Shown in pieces: positions 27,798-36,341 of a stretch of 64,000 nt of DNA; position 1 is the first letter of the stretch; every line of letters begins with the position of its first letter. The notes under the pieces were generated by a model. The model made no database searches. It was not told the DNA's origin and saw only the letters and a list, made by a program, of their open reading frames with translations. The translations under genes were made by a program, and so were the position numbers. The DNA is from a bacterium (GTDB taxonomy: Bacteria > Krumholzibacteriota > Krumholzibacteriia > G020349025). The DNA lies in the NCBI GenBank assembly GCA_031362565.1, contig JANLSU010000126.1, positions 1 through 64,000 of the forward strand, given 5' to 3'.

Positions 27798-30206
27798 GTG
27801 CGGGCGGCTCCTCCCAGGGCCGAGAAGATTCCGGTGTCCCTCGCGACCGCAGCGAGCGCCGCCACCGCATTGCCGGCCGACGCCTGCTTCGCCGACCGGT
27901 CCGCATGCGAGTTGCGTGCCGCATCGCATGCCGTTGTGCCCATGCTGGCCCATGGAGCAGCGGATTTCATAGAGGCCAAGGCCTGGTCCCGACTCGGGTT
28001 CTCGCGTCTGTGCGATCACACGCGCGAGCGTTTCGACCGCAGCGACCACTGGCTCCACGAATTGGCGTCACTCGGGTGCGCGATGGCAGTGAGTCCGCAA
28101 CTCGAGCGCGCGCTCTTGGGTTGGGACGGCGGCCCGCCGATCGGTCGCGTGACCGCCGAACACCTGGCCCGCGTCGCACCGCCGGAGTCGATGGACTGGT
28201 GGATTCGCCTGGCCCGTACCCGCACCGTGCGGCAACTCTGGGAGGCGACAACTGCGTTTCGCGCGATGGGCGCCGAGGCCTTCGCGGCGTTGGAATCGGG
28301 TGGTGGTGCGACGATGGCGGGCGCGGGGCAGCCCACGCCGGGCGAGCTGCATCCAACCTCGGGTGCCGGGGCCGGTCCGGACGCGGTGACCGACGATTCG
28401 GATTCCCCCGAGTGTTACGCTCGTGATACTGCGGGCACCGATCCCACCGCGCTCGCCGAGGAGCTGGGCGAGCGGGCTGACATTCGCTTCGATGCCCCCG
28501 AATCGGTGCAGGCAGCCTTCTACGATACCTGTGATATCTATCGTGCCATCTCCGGGTACGAGGCGACGGTTCGATCGTTCTGGGATGCGATCGTCGCCGA
28601 AGCCTCGGCGGGTCCGTATCCTCCCGATGTCGTGTCGACGCCCCTGCGCCGCGGCGTATCGTCTCGAGCGGTCGAGCACGCGATGGCGCGCGCGACTCGC
28701 AACTGGGCACATCTCGACAAGATGCCGGTGGTCGGCCAGGCCGCTGTGGCGGCGGAGACGGAAGCGGTTGCCGCGAACGTGGGCGCGCCAGGCGTGGCAC
28801 CTCAGGTCGACAGCACCAATGGGGATGCGGTGGCCGGAACCACAGACGCCTCGCGAGGCTCTGTCTCCGGCGGCATGCCAGGCGCTGAAACGAACGCGGT
28901 GTCGCCCGTCGAACTCGAGCGCCGCCTCCACGTGCTGATCGCGTGCGACGATGCCATCGAACGGCGCCTGGGCGACGTGCTGCACGGAATGAGCCAGCGA
29001 AATGACTGGGCGACACTGGGGTTCCGGTCGCTTGGCCACTATGCGACCGAGCGGCTTGGCATGGCGCGCAGCACAGCGTATGCCCGCGTTGCCGTGGTTC
29101 GCGATCTCAAGGGGCGGCCGCTCATTCTCGAAGCATACCGCGAGGGTCACATCGGCTTCGAGCCCGCTCAAGTCTTGGCCGACATTCTCAAAGGGCAACC
29201 GTGCGACGCCGAAGTTGAGCGCGCCTGGATCAAAACCGCCCAAGAGGTGGAAGTGAAACGTCTCCGGGACGAGCGGCATTATTATCGCCGCCAGGCTCTG
29301 TACGGGAACGACGCCGCGCCGATGCCGCGGTGCGAAGTCGAGGGCAGCTGCCCGCCCGACTCGGTGGGAGCAACGGACGGTGCGTTTCACTCGACGACCT
29401 CCGACGGCCTGCCTCGCTCGGCGAGTTCCGACGGTCCGGTGCACGCGGCGAATTCCGACGATCCGCCTCGCTCCCCACACTTTAACGACGGGCGCGCAAC
29501 CACCCGACGGTCGGTGCGGTTGCCATTGCCCGACGCCGTGTGGGATCAAAGTCTGCGCCGAGCACCCGGCGACACCCTCGACCGTTTGGCCCGCCTGCAT
29601 CTGCCGGGCGAAGATCCAACTGTCCCGACGTCATCCGTTCTCGGGATCGGAGGCTCGGCGATGCGATTCCGCTTGCCGGTCGAACTCGCCAACCGAGTGC
29701 GGGCGGCGCTCGAGGCGGCGCGACGGCGAGTGAGCGCCCAAGTGATGCCGCTGGTGGACGATGACGCGGTCGATCTCCAAACGCTGGCACCATCGAAGCG
29801 CGGCGCGCTGATCGCTTTACAGCGTGGACGGTGCGTGCCCTCGTGGGTCGGATTGCTCGCCCTGTTGGAGGATTTTGCGGTGACTTGGGACAACCCGGCG
29901 GGGTTTCCCAAGCGCGAGAAGGATGCGGTGTACGAAAGGGCCGGCTTTCGCTGTCAGGCACCCGGCTGCACACGGCGGTGCAACATCGAAGACCACCATC
30001 TCGTGTACCGGTCGCACCAGGGCAGCGACCAACTTTGGAATCAACTGTGTCTGTGCCGGTTCCACCACCATCAGGGCGAGCATGGATTCTACGCGAGCTG
30101 CCGGGGCCGCGCGCCGCTCGATGTGTTGTGGCGGTTGGGCGTCAAGGAACACGGTGTGCTGTACCGCAACGAAAGGCGGGTGAGCGCACAGCCGATTTCC
30201 AATTAG
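27798..30206 (+). CDS. HNH endonuclease with two DUF222-like N-terminal modules
   Basis: C-terminal ERAGFRCQAPGC...EDHH...RSHQGSD...N...LCRFHH HNH/Zn motif. Two W..LGF..L.....ER modules 341 aa apart. Confidence 0.8.
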   Translation: MRAAPPRAEKIPVSLATAASAATALPADACFADRSACELRAASHAVVPMLAHGAADFIEAKAWSRLGFSRLCDHTRERFDRSDHWLHELASLGCAMAVSPQLERALLGWDGGPPIGRVTAEHLARVAPPESMDWWIRLARTRTVRQLWEATTAFRAMGAEAFAALESGGGATMAGAGQPTPGELHPTSGAGAGPDAVTDDSDSPECYARDTAGTDPTALAEELGERADIRFDAPESVQAAFYDTCDIYRAISGYEATVRSFWDAIVAEASAGPYPPDVVSTPLRRGVSSRAVEHAMARATRNWAHLDKMPVVGQAAVAAETEAVAANVGAPGVAPQVDSTNGDAVAGTTDASRGSVSGGMPGAETNAVSPVELERRLHVLIACDDAIERRLGDVLHGMSQRNDWATLGFRSLGHYATERLGMARSTAYARVAVVRDLKGRPLILEAYREGHIGFEPAQVLADILKGQPCDAEVERAWIKTAQEVEVKRLRDERHYYRRQALYGNDAAPMPRCEVEGSCPPDSVGATDGAFHSTTSDGLPRSASSDGPVHAANSDDPPRSPHFNDGRATTRRSVRLPLPDAVWDQSLRRAPGDTLDRLARLHLPGEDPTVPTSSVLGIGGSAMRFRLPVELANRVRAALEAARRRVSAQVMPLVDDDAVDLQTLAPSKRGALIALQRGRCVPSWVGLLALLEDFAVTWDNPAGFPKREKDAVYERAGFRCQAPGCTRRCNIEDHHLVYRSHQGSDQLWNQLCLCRFHHHQGEHGFYASCRGRAPLDVLWRLGVKEHGVLYRNERRVSAQPISN

Positions 30207-30323
30207 TTCCGACACGCGGAATGCGACGAGTCGGCATCGCCCACGCAAGAATCGTCGGATGATCGCGCCCGCCAAACCGTTTGCGAATCATCCATTGCTG
30301 GACGTTCGGGCACGATGCGATGG

Positions 30324-31346
30324 CTACTCCGGGGCGGTTGAGGCGAGAGCGAGAATTGCGGCGCGCATGTCGTCGGGCATGGGGGCGCGAAAATGCATGC
30401 GAACGTGCGTGCTGGGGTGGGTGAACTCGAGCCGGGCGGCATGCAGGGCAGGTCGCGCCAGGGTGCGGTGTACGGCGCCGAGGGGGGTCTCGGGACGCAG
30501 GCCTTTGGGCCCATAGAGTGGGTCGCCGAGCAGCGGCCATCCGGCGGCTTGAGAGTGCACGCGGATTTGGTGCGTGCGCCCCGATTCGAGTGTGAAGGCA
30601 AGCAGGGTTGCACCCGGCAGACGGCGCAGGAGGCGCCAATGGGTGCGAGCGGGGCGTGGGCGCAGGTCGAGCCGCGGGTCGCTGTAGCCGCTCTCGGAAA
30701 CTTGCGGACGGACGATCGTGCGCAGTGCGTGGGGAACGTCCTCGGCGCGCATCGCCTGCATGCGTGTGGGGCGAGCCGGGTCGCGGCCGATATAGAGGTC
30801 GATCACACCCGCATGGGAGGTCGGTTCACCTAAGGCGAGGGCCACGTAGTTGCGGTTCACACGCCGATGTTCGACGTCGAAGGACAGCAGGCGACGCGCC
30901 TCGAGTGTTTTGGCCATGACCACGAGACCCGATGTCAGCCGGTCGAGGCGGTGCACGAGGCCCATGGCGGTTGGATCGTCGCCGCGATCGCGCATGCGAT
31001 GGTACAAGCCATTGAGAAGCGTACGCTGGAATTCGCGGCCGACCGGATGCATGAGGAGCCCCGCGGGCTTGTCGACAACAGCGATGTCGGCGTCTTCATA
31101 GACGATTTTGAAGTCGACGGGTTCGGAGGCACGGTCGAGTTGGCGCGCCTCGAAGGTCGGCAGGCGAATGACCTCGCCGCCCACGAGGACATGATTCGGA
31201 CGTACGGTTTGGCCGTCTACGAGAACGTCACCTGCATGGATATGGCGTTGAACGCGGTTGCGCGACACGTGCGCCAGGCGGCGTGTCAGGTACACGTCCA
31301 GCCGGACGCGTTCCCGTAGATTTACGTGGATCTCTTCCGAACTCAT
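30324..31346 (-). CDS. RluA-family pseudouridine synthase with S4 domain (RluD-like)
   Basis: RLDVYL...SRNRVQ S4 domain, VYED...VVDKPAGL, HRLDRLTSG (catalytic Asp), GRTHQIRVH, GDPLYG, LHA. Confidence 0.9.
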   Translation of the reverse strand: MSSEEIHVNLRERVRLDVYLTRRLAHVSRNRVQRHIHAGDVLVDGQTVRPNHVLVGGEVIRLPTFEARQLDRASEPVDFKIVYEDADIAVVDKPAGLLMHPVGREFQRTLLNGLYHRMRDRGDDPTAMGLVHRLDRLTSGLVVMAKTLEARRLLSFDVEHRRVNRNYVALALGEPTSHAGVIDLYIGRDPARPTRMQAMRAEDVPHALRTIVRPQVSESGYSDPRLDLRPRPARTHWRLLRRLPGATLLAFTLESGRTHQIRVHSQAAGWPLLGDPLYGPKGLRPETPLGAVHRTLARPALHAARLEFTHPSTHVRMHFRAPMPDDMRAAILALASTAPE

Positions 31347-31374
31347 GGCTGAAATTGCGCCGCCACCCGCGGCC

Positions 31375-31839
31375 TCACTGCACGTACTCGGACTCGGAGC
31401 GAAAGATTTCGAACACGTCGGCTGGACTGGCCGATTCCCGCAGGCGGTCCTTGAAGTGCTCGCTCTGCAAGAGGCGCGAGACGCGCGCCAGGAGCTTGAC
31501 ATAGACGCTGGACGCGCTCTTGGGACCCACGAGCATGAACACCAGGTCCACAGGCTGGCCGTCGAGCGCCTGGAAGTCCATCGGGGCCGCAGTGCGGCCA
31601 AAAACGAGGACGAGGGTATCGATGTCGTTGGTCAAAGCGTGAGGGATTGCGATCCCGCCGCCGATGCCGGTGCTCATCACCTGCTCGCGTTTGAGCAGTT
31701 CACCCATCAGCCCGGCAGCGTCTCGAACTCGCCCAGACTGTAGCAATCGGTCCACAAGTTTTCCGAGCAGTTCCTGTTTATCGTTCGCTGCGATCCCGAG
31801 TGCGATCAAGTCGGGTGCCGCGTAGTCCTCGAGCCGCAA
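31375..31839 (-). CDS. PTS IIA (fructose/nitrogen-type, PtsN-like) protein
   Basis: GGGAG RBS, TTG 31839. REQVMSTGIGGGIAIPHA with phospho-His, DFQALDGQPV. Confidence 0.9.
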   Translation of the reverse strand: MRLEDYAAPDLIALGIAANDKQELLGKLVDRLLQSGRVRDAAGLMGELLKREQVMSTGIGGGIAIPHALTNDIDTLVLVFGRTAAPMDFQALDGQPVDLVFMLVGPKSASSVYVKLLARVSRLLQSEHFKDRLRESASPADVFEIFRSESEYVQ

Positions 31840-31887
31840 GCGTAACTCCCGTTGGTAAAACAAGTTGTGGGCGGACCAAACCTGAAG

Positions 31888-31917
31888 ACGGTACAAGCCC
31901 CGGGCCCCGGGTGTCAA
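31888..31917 (-). promoter_or_regulatory. Sigma70-type promoter of the PTS IIA-RluA genes
   Basis: TTGACA-N18-TACCGT on the minus strand. Confidence 0.55.
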
Positions 31918-32010
31918 CGGGCGTCCCGACAGGGCCGTGGAACGGTTTCTGCTTGCAGCCAATCCGGCCGCGCAGCACTTTATCGGGGCGACGCTTACCG
32001 GTGAGGCAGG

Positions 32011-33303
32011 ATGGCCACGACATACGTCCTCGACACCAACGTTCTGCTCCACGACGCTAAGGCTCTCCACGCGTTCGGCAGTTCCACGATCGTCATTCCC
32101 CTCGACGTGCTCGAGGAGTTGGACCAGTTCAAGAAGAACACCGACGAGGTCGGGCGCAACGCCCGGCGGGTGATTCGCGAGTTGGACGCCCTGCGGCAAT
32201 CCGGGTCGCTCGTCGAGGGCGTGCGGGTCAATGGCGGCATGGTGCGGGTGCTCGCCGACTACAAGCCGCAGACCGTGCCCCACGGCATGGACCTGCAGGT
32301 CGTCGACAACCGCATTCTGCTCTGTGCCCGCTACCTCGAGGAGCAGGGCCTCGGTCCGGCGGTCGTCGTCTCCAAAGACATCAATGCCCGCATCAAAGGT
32401 GATGCGCTCGGCATCAAGACCGAGGACTTCGAAGCCAACAAGGTCAACTTCGAGGAACTGTACAAGGGCTGGGAGGAACGCGAGGTAGCGCCTGAGATGC
32501 TCGAGGCCTTCTACCGCGAAGGTGGATTCGAGCCCGATTGGCAGGCGCAACCCAACGAGTGTTTCATCCTGCGCAGTAACGCCAACCCCCAGCAGAGCGC
32601 CATCGCCGTACGCGCCGCGAACGGCCGCATCGAGCCGCTGCGCCAGACCGAAGCGCATCCCTGGGGCATCAAACCCCTCAACGTGCAGCAGAAGTTCGCG
32701 CTCGAGTTGCTGCTCGACGACCGCGTGCAGTTGGTAACGCTGGTCGGCGGCGCCGGCACCGGCAAGACGCTCCTGGCACTCGCCTGCGGCCTGACCAAAG
32801 TCATGGACGAGCGCGTGTACTCCAAGGTGTTCGTGTCGCGCCCCATCATGCCGCTCGGGCGCGACATCGGCTATCTGCCGGGCACCAAGGAAGAAAAGCT
32901 CGAACACTGGATGCAGCCCATCTTCGACAACCTGAAGATGCTCACCGACTCGTTCTACGACGACGAAGACAAACTACAGTACTTGCTCGACAGCAAGGTT
33001 CTGGAACTCGAAGCGGTGACGTACATCCGCGGCCGTTCATTGCCGCGCCAGTTCATCATCATCGACGAAGCCCAGAACCTGACGCCGCACGAAACGAAAA
33101 CGATCATCAGCCGCGCCGGGACGAACACCAAAGTCATCCTGACCGGCGACCCGTATCAAATCGACAATCCGTATCTGGATGCGTCGAGCAACGGGCTGAC
33201 CTACGTCGTCGAACGCTTCAAGGGCCAGGAGTTGTTCGGCCAGGTGTTGCTGACGCGCACGGAACGCAGTCCGCTGGCGGCACTCGCGGCGTCGCTCCTC
33301 TAG
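32011..33303 (+). CDS. PIN-PhoH (PhoH2/YlaK-like) protein
   Basis: YVLDTNVLLHD PIN domain, SKDINARIK, Walker A GGAGTGKT, IGYLPG, YIRGRS, DEAQNLT, GDPYQID. Confidence 0.93.
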   Translation: MATTYVLDTNVLLHDAKALHAFGSSTIVIPLDVLEELDQFKKNTDEVGRNARRVIRELDALRQSGSLVEGVRVNGGMVRVLADYKPQTVPHGMDLQVVDNRILLCARYLEEQGLGPAVVVSKDINARIKGDALGIKTEDFEANKVNFEELYKGWEEREVAPEMLEAFYREGGFEPDWQAQPNECFILRSNANPQQSAIAVRAANGRIEPLRQTEAHPWGIKPLNVQQKFALELLLDDRVQLVTLVGGAGTGKTLLALACGLTKVMDERVYSKVFVSRPIMPLGRDIGYLPGTKEEKLEHWMQPIFDNLKMLTDSFYDDEDKLQYLLDSKVLELEAVTYIRGRSLPRQFIIIDEAQNLTPHETKTIISRAGTNTKVILTGDPYQIDNPYLDASSNGLTYVVERFKGQELFGQVLLTRTERSPLAALAASLL

Positions 33304-33322
33304 AGCCCGCCCCCCCCCAGGG

Positions 33323-33352
33323 TTGCCAGGGCCCAGGATGGGGTGCTATCGT
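33323..33352 (+). promoter_or_regulatory. Sigma70 promoter of the lat leader
   Basis: TTGCCA-N18-TATCGT with TGn extension. Confidence 0.5.
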
Positions 33353-33400
33353 GAAGGGGTCGAAATGTCTGCATCGAGGCCAAAGCCCGAAGAGGCCGCC

Positions 33401-33472
33401 ATGCTTCGCACCCTGCATTCCAAGCTCGTATACGTCATCGAGCGCAAGCCACCGCCCACGACCGGCTCCTGA
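33401..33472 (+). CDS. Putative leader peptide MLRTLHSKLVYVIERKPPPTTGS upstream of lat
   Basis: AGAGG RBS 5 nt before ATG 33401 (alternative in-frame ATG 33365). TGA 33470-33472 directly followed by a hairpin. Too short for the ORF track. Confidence 0.45.
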   Translation: MLRTLHSKLVYVIERKPPPTTGS

Positions 33473-33500
33473 CGGCGCCCGGCGCGCCGTGCTTTCCTCT
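33472..33500 (+). terminator. Attenuator-like hairpin after the leader ORF
   Basis: ACGGCGC-CCGGC-GCGCCGT 7-bp stem followed by pyrimidine-rich GCTTTCCTCT. Confidence 0.35.
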
Positions 33501-33610
33501 CGATTCCGAGGTGTGATCCAGAAGACGCACGCGACGCGCGCGGCCGCCTCCGCGTCTGGTTCGTCACACCTCTAGCCATTCGGATCGCCGCGCAAGGAGC
33601 CTTGGGAACG

Positions 33611-34942
33611 ATGACTCAAACAACGATGCACCGGCTGACTCCGGACGGCGTCCACGCGGCGCTCGCCCAGGTCATGTTGGCCGACGGATTCGACATGGTG
33701 CTCGATCTGGAGCGCAGCAGCGGGGTGCGGCTGTACGACGCCAAGCATGGGCGTACCTATCTCGACATGTTCTCGTGTTTCGCATCGGCGCCGCTCGGAT
33801 TCAACCACCCACGCCTGCTCGAACCCGAGTTCGTGGCGCGCCTCGGCCGCCTGGCGGTCAACAAACCGTCCAACGCCGACCTCTACACGGTAGAGATGGC
33901 GGAATTCGTCGACACCTTCCGGCGCCACGCCCAGCCCGCCGGCATGCCGCACGTCTTCTTCATCGAGGGCGGCGCCATGGGCGTCGAAAACGCCATCAAG
34001 ACCGCCATGGACTGGAAGGTCCGCAAGAACCTGGCGCGTGGCGCCGGCGAAAAGGGCCACCGCGTCATCCACTTCAAGCAGTGCTTTCACGGCCGCAGCG
34101 GCTACACCATGTCGTGCACCAACACCGATCCGCTCAAGACCATGTACTTCGCCAAGTTCGACTGGCCGCGGATCAGCAATCCCAAGCTGTCGTTCCCGCT
34201 CACCAAGGCGGGGCTCGCGGCCGTGCAAGCCGCCGAGGCCGAGGCGGTGCGCGAAATCGAGGCCGCGTTCGCCGCGACCCCGAACGACATCTGCGCCATT
34301 CTCATCGAACCCATCCAGGCGGAGGGCGGCGACAACCACTTCCGCAGCGAATTCCTGCGCGAACTGCGCCGCTTGGCCGACGAACACGAAGCGTTTCTCA
34401 TTTTCGACGAGGTGCAGACGGGCCTGGGCACCACGGGCACGATGTGGGCCTTCGAACACTTCGGCGTCGTGCCGGATGCGATCGCGTTCGGCAAGAAAGT
34501 GCAATTGGGCGGCTGTTGGGTGGGCCCGCGCGTCGACGAGGTCCCGGACAACGTCTTCAAGGTCGCGAGCCGCATCAATTCGACCTGGGGCGGCAATCTG
34601 GTCGACATGACGCGCAGCCGGCGCATCATCGAAGTCATTGTCGAGGAGAAACTCGTCGAGCGGGCAGCACGCGTCGGCGCGCACCTGGTGGCCGGCCTCG
34701 AACGCCTCTGCCAGCGCTACCCCGAACGACTCTCGAACCCGCGCGGCCGCGGCTCCATGTGCGCCTTCGACCTGCCTGACAAGGACACGCGCGACGCGAC
34801 CCGGCGCGCCTGCTATGAACACGGCATGATGATCTTGGCGTGCGGCGAGCGATCGATTCGTTTTCGCGCCGCGCTCGTCGCGACCGAGGCCGATATCGAC
34901 GCGGCGCTCGAGATCTTGGACAGGGTGTTGGCCGGCCGCTGA
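33611..34942 (+). CDS. lat: L-lysine 6-aminotransferase
   Basis: LADGFDMVLDL, AVNKPSNADLY, FFIEGGAMGVENAIKTAMDWK, EPIQAEGGDNHF, FDEVQTG, FGKK (PLP Lys), SRINSTWGGNLVDM. AAGGAG RBS. Confidence 0.92.
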   Translation: MTQTTMHRLTPDGVHAALAQVMLADGFDMVLDLERSSGVRLYDAKHGRTYLDMFSCFASAPLGFNHPRLLEPEFVARLGRLAVNKPSNADLYTVEMAEFVDTFRRHAQPAGMPHVFFIEGGAMGVENAIKTAMDWKVRKNLARGAGEKGHRVIHFKQCFHGRSGYTMSCTNTDPLKTMYFAKFDWPRISNPKLSFPLTKAGLAAVQAAEAEAVREIEAAFAATPNDICAILIEPIQAEGGDNHFRSEFLRELRRLADEHEAFLIFDEVQTGLGTTGTMWAFEHFGVVPDAIAFGKKVQLGGCWVGPRVDEVPDNVFKVASRINSTWGGNLVDMTRSRRIIEVIVEEKLVERAARVGAHLVAGLERLCQRYPERLSNPRGRGSMCAFDLPDKDTRDATRRACYEHGMMILACGERSIRFRAALVATEADIDAALEILDRVLAGR

Positions 34943-34957
34943 GACGCCCGGCGCCCG

Positions 34958-36331
34958 TCAGGGGCTTCCGGGCGCCGTTGTCTCTTCGGCCTGGATACGC
35001 TCGAGATCGAACGGCAAGCGCAGCACGTCGGCCGGCGACAGGTAGAAAACCGCCGGCTCGCCCGGGCCGCGCGCGAACAAGTTGAATCCGCGCGGATCCT
35101 TCTTGCCGATATCGAGCCCGGAGACCTGGCGCCCGGCGCTGAACAATTGGATCGCCAGCGCCGGCGGGTCGTACATTTTAGCCACCGGCTGAGCGTCCGG
35201 GAAGCCCGCGACCTGCATCGTCAGCAGGTCCGTCAGCATTCCGTCGACCGCGCCCGGCGCGAGTGCGAAGGTGCTGTCGACCCTGGTGCTCGACGCCACC
35301 TTCCAGTCGATCGACGAACGCCGTTTGAGCGTAAACCGGTCGTCGGGTGTCAACGCCCGCACCTCGTCGATCGTCTGAGGATCGAACGTCATCAGCGCCT
35401 TGCGATCACGCGGGTCGACCACGAGTGAGATCGCGGCGTCGAAGGGCTTGGCGTCGACCTTGAACACCTCGGGCTTGTCCGGCACCATCGCGAAGTACGC
35501 ACCGAACCCATCGGCAAATCCGAGCAAGACATCCGCTAGAAGCGCGTCGCCCGTGCCCCGCACCTCGACGCCAAATCGCCGGTTGTCGAGGCCGAATTTC
35601 CGGGCGTCCGCCTTGTTTTCCGCCGCGATGCCCACGCCCGACAACTTCGCCAATCCGAGCGTCAGCGACAACGCCCGCGTCGGATCGGCGCGCCAAGCCA
35701 CCGGCCCCTCGACGCGCCAACCGTACTGCGGGTCGCGCCGAAACGCCCCAGTGCCGTTCTTGAGTGTCCGCACCACGATGCGCTGCACGTCGTCCGCTGC
35801 AAGGTCCACCATGCGCTTGTCACGCCACCCGAAAGCGTTCGCCAACGAATACGTGAGCAGGCTCGACGTCGTGAGAACGACACTCTTGGAGTCGTTCACC
35901 AGCCCGTAGACGAAGGTCTGCTGTGGATTGATGCGCCCGAGCTGCAGGCGCTCGGTGTGGCCGCCGGCATCGATCTCGAGAGTCGCCGCCGGCGCGTCGA
36001 GGCCATAGCGCGGGTAGTCGCCGCGCCCGACCTCGTCTTCGATCCTGGCCGCGGCCAGCGTGTCGAGAAAAGCCTGCATGGTGGCTGGATCGCACGGTGC
36101 CACAACCGGACGGATGAGGAACCACTGCCCCGAGCGCTTCTGCAGGTCGAACACGGTTTGGGAATGGGTGATGCGCACCGCCGTCACTTCCGCCGTCCCC
36201 AGCTTGAGCAACTTGTCGGCGGCCTTGCGCTTCTCGGCGCGGTTGTGGCCGCCGATCACTTCGTGCAGGTACACCCACCCCCCCAAGCAGAGCGCCAACC
36301 CGAGCACGATCCATGTCGTCTTGAATTTCAT
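34958..36331 (-). CDS. DUF4340 domain-containing protein
   Basis: N-terminal TM anchor, repeated W....P....D / YGL..P / L.LG modules, last gene of the Gld-like ABC operon. Confidence 0.8.
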   Translation of the reverse strand: MKFKTTWIVLGLALCLGGWVYLHEVIGGHNRAEKRKAADKLLKLGTAEVTAVRITHSQTVFDLQKRSGQWFLIRPVVAPCDPATMQAFLDTLAAARIEDEVGRGDYPRYGLDAPAATLEIDAGGHTERLQLGRINPQQTFVYGLVNDSKSVVLTTSSLLTYSLANAFGWRDKRMVDLAADDVQRIVVRTLKNGTGAFRRDPQYGWRVEGPVAWRADPTRALSLTLGLAKLSGVGIAAENKADARKFGLDNRRFGVEVRGTGDALLADVLLGFADGFGAYFAMVPDKPEVFKVDAKPFDAAISLVVDPRDRKALMTFDPQTIDEVRALTPDDRFTLKRRSSIDWKVASSTRVDSTFALAPGAVDGMLTDLLTMQVAGFPDAQPVAKMYDPPALAIQLFSAGRQVSGLDIGKKDPRGFNLFARGPGEPAVFYLSPADVLRLPFDLERIQAEETTAPGSP

Positions 36332-36341
36332 TCCACTCCCG

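Noticed and set aside
27798..30206. IscB/Cas9-like RNA-guided nuclease
   Set aside because: No RuvC motifs, PLMP start or CRISPR array visible. Only an HNH domain is supported.
27585..30323. Terminal inverted repeats or target-site duplication around the HNH gene
   Set aside because: Only 6-bp matches (CGTGCC/GGCACG) were found, as expected by chance, so it is not called a mobile element.
31375..32907. 510-aa ORF as listed in the track
   Set aside because: Only the last ~154 codons (PTS IIA, TTG 31839) are credible. The rest is antisense to PIN-PhoH.
33310..33318. C9 homopolymer as a phase-variation tract
   Set aside because: Lies upstream of the -35 box and outside coding sequence, so length change has no obvious effect.
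33380..33600. Lysine riboswitch upstream of lat
   Set aside because: AGAGGCCGC superficially resembles the AGAGGNGC start, but I see no loop-E AGUA motif or the multi-helix architecture. An Rfam scan would settle it.
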